This document shows, piece after piece, positions 55,664 to 64,000 of a stretch of DNA of 64,000 bases. Source of the stretch: Eledone cirrhosa (lineage: Eukaryota); NCBI GenBank assembly GCA_964016885.1, contig OZ024750.1, forward strand, positions 46,500,001-46,564,000. The letters run 5' to 3'. The position numbers and the translations under genes were made by a program. Below the pieces are notes generated by a model, which made no database searches, had not been told where the DNA came from, and was given only the letters and a program-made list of their open reading frames with translations. The first letter of the stretch is position 1, and the number at the start of each line of letters is the position of its first letter.

Positions 55664-56244
55664 TGAATAAAAATATTTGAATTTTTAACATATCTGATTG
55701 CAGATTTAGCTTATTGGTTTTGTTTAGCCAGTGGCCAATATTGTGATCGGTTAGACCTGTGTTAAAAAATAATTTTCATCGTGATCATTCAGTTTGTTGT
55801 TCTTTTAAAATATCCAACATATCCTTAACTACTCCTGTAAGGTCTAGCGACCACTTAGCAGCATTTTTCTGTTGTCATTATGTGATCAGATTTATCTTCA
55901 AGCTTTTCAAACAAAGGAATTATATATATTTCAAACAATTAAATAATTACAGCCGGGAACCGAAACAACGTTAGTGTGTCTCATTATCTCACATTTTCTT
56001 TTTAATTTTAACTACTAGTGGGTGTATTTATTACACATACTCATATTATCAATGTCTATCCAGAATGAATGAGAATACATTATCATCACCCCAATCCACT
56101 ACCCCTACCCTATCCTCCAACTCCCACCAACACCACCCTCTCTCTGAAAAGTTGATACCACAACATCCAGTCTACATAAAAGAGATAATGAGATCGAGAT
56201 CGTGTAGGTGTCACGACAAAAAATCACACAGTCCACACTGTAAT

Positions 56245-56467
56245 GTGGCCGTGTAGGTAACACGGTAAAAAAGTTCCCAGTTCCACACTGTAAATGTGGT
56301 TGCTGTTAGGAAAAGCATCCAGACGTAGAAAACCTGCCAGATAGTCCTATATGAGCGAGACACGGTTCACCCGACCAACCTTGCCTCAAGTGGGACAACT
56401 CCCGTCTAACCCATGCTAGCGTGGAAGATGGACGTTAAACGAAGATGATGATGATGATGATGATGAT
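56245..56467 (+). mobile_element. SINE/LINE 3' end with (GAT)n tail
   Basis: ...cccatgctagcgtggaagatggacgttaaacgaa followed by (gat)n, an RTE-type tail. Confidence 0.6.
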
Positions 56468-57183
56468 TACAGGAATTCGAATGAAAGATTTAAGATGAGA
56501 CTGAAGAAGAAATCAACATCAGATGCTGATAAAACGAAAGAGATTTCGCAAGTTTAGGGAATGAATAGAAAACTTTCTTTGGAATCGTAGTTGAATAAAC
56601 ACACACAGACTGGTGTATTTGCTTTGATAAATCCCAAACCAAGGGGTTTGTCCTCTGGTAAGATTCAATATAGCACTACTGAAAGGGTGCTACCACTAAA
56701 TGTTTCTGAAATCTGTTGATAGTTACTCCAACAGAGTGGACGAGTAATGCCTAAGCGATAAAGATGCTTGTCTTGAAATCATAAGGTCCTCTGTGGCATC
56801 TGGGACAGGCATGTTCATCATTGCATCGGGTTGATCTAAACATTAAGTGGAAAATTGAGTAGGCGGAAAACGCGTGGAGGCCCGCCGCGTTGATTGTACA
56901 TGCAATTCAAATGTCTAAACTTGTGACATCTTATGCAACTCTGATTCTCCTTCAGAATGATGTTAATGTAACCGGGTCGCCGGAACACCCAACCACGGAG
57001 ACGTTAATTCACGCATCGGAAGATCAGTTAATCTAACAACATATGCTCATCGATTAAACCGACGGAGGATCCTGTAATTGAAGGGCCTATGTAGAAAATA
57101 TACGAAAGAAATGACGGCAGAAATATGTGTGTCTGTGGGTGTGTCTGTGCATGTGTGCTTGTGTATGTGGGCGTGTCTATGTG

Positions 57184-57315
<132 letters not shown>

Positions 57316-57991
57316 AAGAGAGAGAGGGAGAGAGAGAGAGCTGTGTATATCTGTGTATATTTGAAGTAAACTGTTCTGGAAACACGAGAAACATAAATTT
57401 CCAAATCTCCAGATATGTAGGAATGAAAAATGACAGATTCTATATGTATAGAAATAAATATATGGATATATTTTCCTGGCCATGAATCAGTCAGATAAAT
57501 TGATTGATAACCCATGCAATCATAACTCGAACACCTTTCGCATTCCGAAATATTTCTTCACGAAAATGTCATACATTGACTTTGGGACAGGATAGATAAG
57601 ACTATCAACAATCTCGGAACAGAGAATAGCTAAACTATTATAAACATTACATACTTCTTACTTAGGTTGTCCATCATATATACAGGGAATAGGCAGCCCT
57701 GTGTGATTAATGGTCCACCTTTTAAATTCACTTTCCCAGAAGACTGTCAAAACCATTCTTTTTTAGTCCTTTACTAGTTTTAAACATTAAACTGCGTCCA
57801 TACTGGGGCAGTGCCTCAAGGAGATTTTAGTTGATCATATCAATCAAAATACTTTTTGTTTCAAGTCTGGTAGATATTTTATCGCGCACTTTTTCATGAA
57901 CCCTTACGGAACTTCAAAACAGACACATGCGTAAAGAAGCACACTCACAGGCACACACACACATAGGGACACGCACGCACAAACAGGCATA

Positions 57992-58071
<80 letters not shown>

Positions 58072-58149
58072 AACACGCACCCACATCAAACAGGCACCCA
58101 CAAACGAACAAGCACACACACATCTCTCTCTCCCCCCTCTCTTTCTAAC

Positions 58150-58203
<54 letters not shown>

Positions 58204-58461
58204 GTAGGAGCAAGACGTATCTGAGGTCCTTGCAATTTTCAGGGTCAGGTTCGATCATGACATCGATCGTGCCTCGAGCTGGTCCCCAAGGAAACGATTG
58301 TAATATGTCCAATACATTCTATTCGTCGCAACACTGATTCTCTTTTTTTTTTTTTTTCGTGATATCATACTCTGCTCTGTAAGAGCATCGAATGGTCAGA
58401 CGGCCTACCGCATACGGACGCTTTAAGCATCCAACACATTTATATATATAAATACATATAT

Positions 58462-58872
58462 ATAGAAAAAAAGATCAAATCGAAAATGCAACTGGAGTCT
58501 TATTTTTTAAAAAATATATATATATTTATTTGGTTCCTTTTGAAAAGCAGAAGAACTGCGAAACGGGTAAAGGAACCAAATAAATATATATATTTAAAAA
58601 AAAAATAAGACTCCAGTTGCATTTTCGATTTCATCTCTTTTTCTTTATACTTTCACTCGTGTAGGACACCTCGGTTATTTTTCAATTTGTAAAAAAAACC
58701 TCACTTTCTAATATATATATATATTTATATAAAGAAAAAGGGATGAAATCGAAAATGCAACTGAAGTCTTATTTTTTTTAAAAATATATATATTTATTTG
58801 GTTCCTTTACCGGTTTCGCAGTTCTTCTGCTTTTCAAAAGGTGAGTTGAGATGGAGGGTCTGTGGTTTTTCT

Positions 58873-58876
<4 letters not shown>
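58462..58876. mobile_element. Three rearranged family-B fragments (+, -, +)
   Basis: Match to 30313-30525 in alternating orientation, joined by TA tracts. Confidence 0.8.
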
Positions 58877-58946
<70 letters not shown>

Positions 58947-58949
<3 letters not shown>

Positions 58950-61885
58950 CATATTTAGCTTTCGGAGAAAACAACCAACCCGACTTGTACACGGAAAGAA
59001 AGACATCTTTGCTGGTACACTCAATGGTCAAACATTACAGAAAGACCATAAAATCCCTGAACTGATTGCTTCAGCAGGGCGCGACCAACCATGATGTTAT
59101 CCGTCTTCAGGATCACCGGTTTATACATGAAGAGCTTGTAACAAAGGACCAAATATTTGGCAATTGAAGGCTGAAAATCTGCTCAGCTTGGAAAAACAAC
59201 ATGAATGCAGCAAATGGTGGAGTTGGAATGCTTTTCAGTCCGCGAGCCTATGATGCACTTGCGAGTGTTGAAATGATAACATCAAGGATAATGATAGCTA
59301 CGTTTAACGGGAACCCTAAAACCACTGTAATCTCTGGCTATAGTCCAACACATGTATGTGACATGGCCGAAGTAGAGAGGTTTTACATGGAACTAACATC
59401 ACTCACTAGACAAATCCCGAAACATAATGTTCTCATCATTGGCGGAGACTTCAACGCGCGTCTTGGACAGCTTGATGGATTCAAATTTTCATACCACTCA
59501 CAAACCAATACAAACGATTGGATGCTAAAATATTACTTGTGTGAGAACAATTTACGATGTCTCAACGCCATATTCCAAAAAAACCCCAGGCCAGCGGGGG
59601 ACACACAAATCTCCAAATGGCGACAAGACACAACTGGATTATATCATAATCAATCGAAAATGGAAGAACAGCGCAAAAAACTGCAGAGCATATGACTCGT
59701 TTCTTAGTGTTGACTCGGATCATCGCATTGTCTCGGCTAAGATACGATTAGGTCTCCGAGTGGATAAAGAGAAATCTGCAAATGCTACTCCTTACAACTG
59801 GGCTGTTCTGAATACCAATCCTGAGACTTACAAAACCTTTGTAACCCAACTGAGCAACCGATTTGCTGCACTACAAGACTCTGTGCCAGCAAAATCGTCA
59901 AATTCTACATTTAACCACTTTCAAATGGCATTCAAAGAAGGAGCGGCCGACACCATCCCTTTAAAACCCAAGGTTAAAAAACGAAAACCCTGGGAAACAG
60001 AGAGGATACGCCAAAAGCGCAGAGTTGCGAAAAGCTGCAAAATTGAAAGACACTCAACGATCTCCAGAAAACATTAGTAACTTCAATGCTGCTTGTACAG
60101 CACTGAAAAGTGAGTATGAAATTGAGCAAGCCGAATACATGCAGAAAAAGATCAATCATATCTCGAGTACTGTCAGCAATAAGAAGTCTGCCGAAGCCTG
60201 GAAAACTGTCAATGAAATTAGTGGCAGAAAAAGTAGTGACAGAGCCAAACTGAAAGCCTCCAGCCAAGACGAATGTTTAAAACTGTGGCAACAACATTTT
60301 CAGAACCTACTTGGCAAAGCACCACAGATCATCGACGAAGAAATAATACCCGTTTTTACAGAGGAACACCACATACAGAAAGGTCCTTTCGCTATGGAGG
60401 ATCTACAGAAGGCAGTGAAAAGTATTGGTAACGAAAAAGCGTGCGGACTCGACGAGATCCCAGCTGAAGTGTGGAAGGTACCTGAATTTCACCCAATCCT
60501 ACTAGAGTTGTGTAATGGTGTCTATAATCAAGACCCCATAGAGAAATGGACAGAGGGATGTATACTCCCTTTTCCCAAAAAGGGCGATCTTAGAATGGCT
60601 AAAAACTACCGTGGCATAACACTAATGGCAATTGCCGCAAAGATATACAATCTCATGCTATTTGACAGAATACGACCTGTCATTGACCCCTTGCTGAGAA
60701 AAAAAACAAAATGGCTTCCGCACTAACAGATCAACATCAGGGCAAATACTTACAATTCGGCGATCCTTGGAAGGCGTAAAAGCCAAAAACCTCCCAGCAA
60801 CTCTCCTGTTTATTGAATTTTCAAAAGCATTCGATTCCACCCATCGTGGGAGGATGAGAGAGATACTTCTAGCCTACAGCTTGCCAAGGGAAACAGTAAA
60901 TGCCATTATGATGTTATATAAAAACACCCGCGCAATGGTGCGCTCACCTGATGGAGATACCAACTTCTTTGACATCATTGCAGGAGTACTCCAAGGAGAT
61001 ACTCTTGCACCATATATTTTTATCATCTCTCTCGACTATGTATTGAGAAAAGCCCTGGACGAAAACTTAGAGCTTGGTTTCATTCTCACAAAGCGAAAGT
61101 GTAGACTCCATGCAGCTCAGAAAATCACCGATGCTGACTATGCGGATGATTTAGCGGTCCTCGCTGACTACATTAATGATGTAACTACTTCACAGCATCG
61201 AATTAGATGTAAAGGAAATCGGACTCTATGTCAACGCAAGCAAAACATAATATATTTGCCTGAACCAAGACTCCTCAGTTGGTATGCGAAGTCTAAACGG
61301 CGATATAATCAAGCAAGTTGACGACTTCAAATACCTGGGTAGCTATATCGCCTCCACAGTACATGATGTTAACATCAGACTGGGAAAAGCCTGGGGAGCA
61401 TTGAATGCAATGGACAAGATATAGAAATCAAACCTGCCGGCCAAACTGAAAAGGAATTACTTCAGAGCTGCTGTGGAGTCTGTGCTTGTTTATGGCTCTA
61501 TCACTTGGACGCTAACGTCGAAACTGGAGAAAAAGCTAGACGGGGCATACACACATATGCTCCGCACTGCTTTAAACGTGTCTTGGCGGAAACACCCAAC
61601 AAATAAGGATCTCTATGGCAATATACCACCTATCAGCAGGTCAATACGTGGACAGAGACTCAGATTTTCTGGCCACTGTTGGCGCAGCAAGGAAGAAATA
61701 GCAGGTGATGTGTTGTTATGGAGTCCATCTCATGGAGCAAGAAACGCTGGTCGTCCCAAGAAGACATACGTCAAGCAACTTGAGGACGATACTGGATGCA
61801 CTGCGGAAGAACTGGCAAACGCTATGAGAGACAGAGATGGATGGAGGAAGCGTGTCGTAGAAAGCCGAGCAAGCTCGATCTGTTG
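58947..61885 (+). mobile_element. RTE-clade non-LTR retrotransposon, near full-length, APE endonuclease plus RT, inactivated by frameshifts and stops
   Basis: APE motifs GTLNGQTL, GVG, YSPT, IGGDFNA, QLDYI, SDHRIV. RT motifs KKGDL..NYRGITL, FSKAFDS, GVLQGDTLAP, YADD (61139-61150), FKYLGS. RTE C-terminus RLRFSGHCWR. Split over at least five ORFs. Confidence 0.95.
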
Positions 61886-62289
61886 ATATATTTATACATA
61901 TGTGGGTATGTATGAATGTATGTATGTATGTATGAATGTATATACAAGCGTGTGTTAATGCATATACGTTTGACTGTTTATGTCTTTAAGGGAGAATATT
62001 GGACTGTTTTGTTATATGAAAGCTAGAATGTTCTACGGAAATCATTAACATTTGTTCTTCACTGTTTGCTTTCTTGTCTCTTGTATAAACACTCAACACG
62101 TCTCTAACATATATTGCAATAACATAAAAGGTATCGATGGTCGCCATAACATACCTTTCAACTATGATGACTACTTCTCTGATATTAGTTCATCTGCACT
62201 TGCTTTTGCTAAAGTTTGCTATAGTTGTAGATTTTTCTTTCATATTCCTTCTCCATTATCATACACCTCTTCCCCATTCTTCTTATTCT

Positions 62290-62349
62290 CCTCCTCCTCC
62301 TCCTCCACCACCTCATCCTACTCATCCTCATCATCCTGCTCATTGTCAT

Positions 62350-62394
<45 letters not shown>

Positions 62395-62542
62395 ATATCA
62401 TCATCATCATCATCATCATCATATATCATCATCATCATCATCATCATCTTCTTCTTCTTCTTCTTCTTCTTCTTCTTCTTCTTCTTCTTCTTCTTCTTCT
62501 TCTTCTTCTTCTTCTTCTTCTTCTTCTTCTTCTTCTTCTTTC
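62290..62542. repeat. Compound (CCT)/(CAC)/(CAT)/(CTT) trinucleotide microsatellite
   Basis: Seen directly. Confidence 0.95.
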
Positions 62543-62799
62543 TTACATTGGTAGCTATTGGCTACATTATGAAGTATCTATCTTAGAAAGAATTGCGTTA
62601 CATTTTGCCAAAAGTTTCAACAAAGTCTCCAAGTGTGTTTATATTGTAAGTTAAGTGTTGTGTATGTATTTTCCTTTTGTTTATTTATTAACTCCATTGT
62701 TAGGCTCCGTATCAGATTTTGTCTGACTGTTCTGTTGTGTATGTTTTCAGGAATGTTCATTTATTTTGTTATATCATGTTAGGTTTAGTGAATTTCTTG

Positions 62800-63065
62800 T
62801 GGAGGTTGATGGCATAGTGGTTAGTTTGTGTGGCTTTTGATCGCAATACCTCGAGATTCATTCCTGGATTTTGTAGTTCATTCAGCAAGTAAAATTTAAG
62901 TTGTACCTGTCATTTAAAGGGGCAGCCATGTAACAAATTGTATCACATGGAATCTCCCTGTAAACACGACAGGTGTTCACGTATCTATGGATGTTCATCC
63001 CCTTGCACGTAATTTCTCGAGCATGCTGTTCCGTTCTTTGAACAACTGGAGAACTCGCCGTCAGA
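62800..63065 (+). mobile_element. Degenerate tRNA-head SINE (older family)
   Basis: A-box-like TGGCATAGTGG and body ttgcacgtaatttctcgagcatgctgttccg. Confidence 0.55.
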
Positions 63066-64000
63066 ACCCATACAAATACATTACATTGTACATTGCAATG
63101 ATTTATTTACACAGCTATCTATTAAACCGCTCATGGTATCTATCTATATATTTTTCATGCCGTCTAATTTCACGGCATGCTTTCTATCACTCCCAAACCA
63201 CATTCCATTATATTTGGTGTGCCTCTTGATTTTTAGCTGAACTGGCAAAGTTATTAGTGTGTTAGATTAAAGAGCTTTGTGTAGTTTGTTCATGATCTTT
63301 CCTCGCTGAGTTCAGATCCCACCAGGATCAACTTTGCATTTCATGTTTATATCAGTCAAATACTTGAATCAATTTAATCGACTTACGTCTCAAGTTGTTG
63401 GTCATGTGTCTAAATTATATATCAATTATTACTTTTCAAATCCCAACGAGGTTAACTTTGCTTTTCAGCATACCGGGATCGATAACATAAAATACCTCTC
63501 ACGTAATCGATTTACCCATGCATGCAAATTGTTAACCTTGTGTGTGAATTAAAGTCGATTATTATTTTTCAAATACCACCGAGGTCTAGTTTGCTTTTCA
63601 GCTTTCTTGATTCAATAAAATAAACAACCATTGAATTTGATTCCATCTGTATCCTCACTTATAATTGCTAGCCTTGTGCATTAATTAGAAACTCAATATA
63701 TTTAGAATTGTTGAATTGTTTTCTCAAGTGATTTCTGGATGATGATATATTTCCTTTGAATCTTCCCTGTTCGCTTATATTACATGATTATATTTATAAT
63801 GGTATTGGATACAAACGTTAGGATTTAAAACAACTATATATTTGTTTTATGGTTGATTATATACGAATGATTCAGCCTTTCAGCTGATGTATTCCCAACT
63901 CTTATAGTTTAAAGCATGTAAGATTTTCCTCGTGACAAAATCTCTGATTCTGATACTTTTAATGTTATATTTTCCTGGCAAAAATGCAAATAATATACAT

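Overview
AT-rich, microsatellite-saturated animal DNA, intergenic or intronic. The SINE and LINE repertoire looks like that of an octopus/coleoid cephalopod (inference). There is no intact, recognisable host gene. Most ORFs in the track are translations of (TA)n/(CA)n/(GA)n or minisatellites; only one candidate exon pair (about 5.2-6.1 kb, minus strand) is plausible. Conventional content: a frameshifted, nearly full-length RTE-clade LINE (58.9-61.9 kb), RTE and L1/Tx1 fragments, about 20 copies of a tRNA-derived SINE, a hAT MITE with an 8-bp TSD, and several minisatellites. The main signal is a dense set of type I hammerhead ribozyme (HHR) motifs: more than 20 copies in at least 8 sequence families, about 10 with an intact catalytic core and paired stems. 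They lie in short non-coding elements anchored in (TA)n tracts, often as fold-back inverted repeats or a partial tandem repeat. One motif is physically linked to the C-terminal remnant of a Penelope-like ORF. This fits a radiation of non-autonomous Penelope pseudo-LTR / retrozyme-like ribozyme elements. HHRs in Penelope-like elements are known in general; I cannot check whether these particular families have been described. All coordinates were counted by eye, and element boundaries are approximate.
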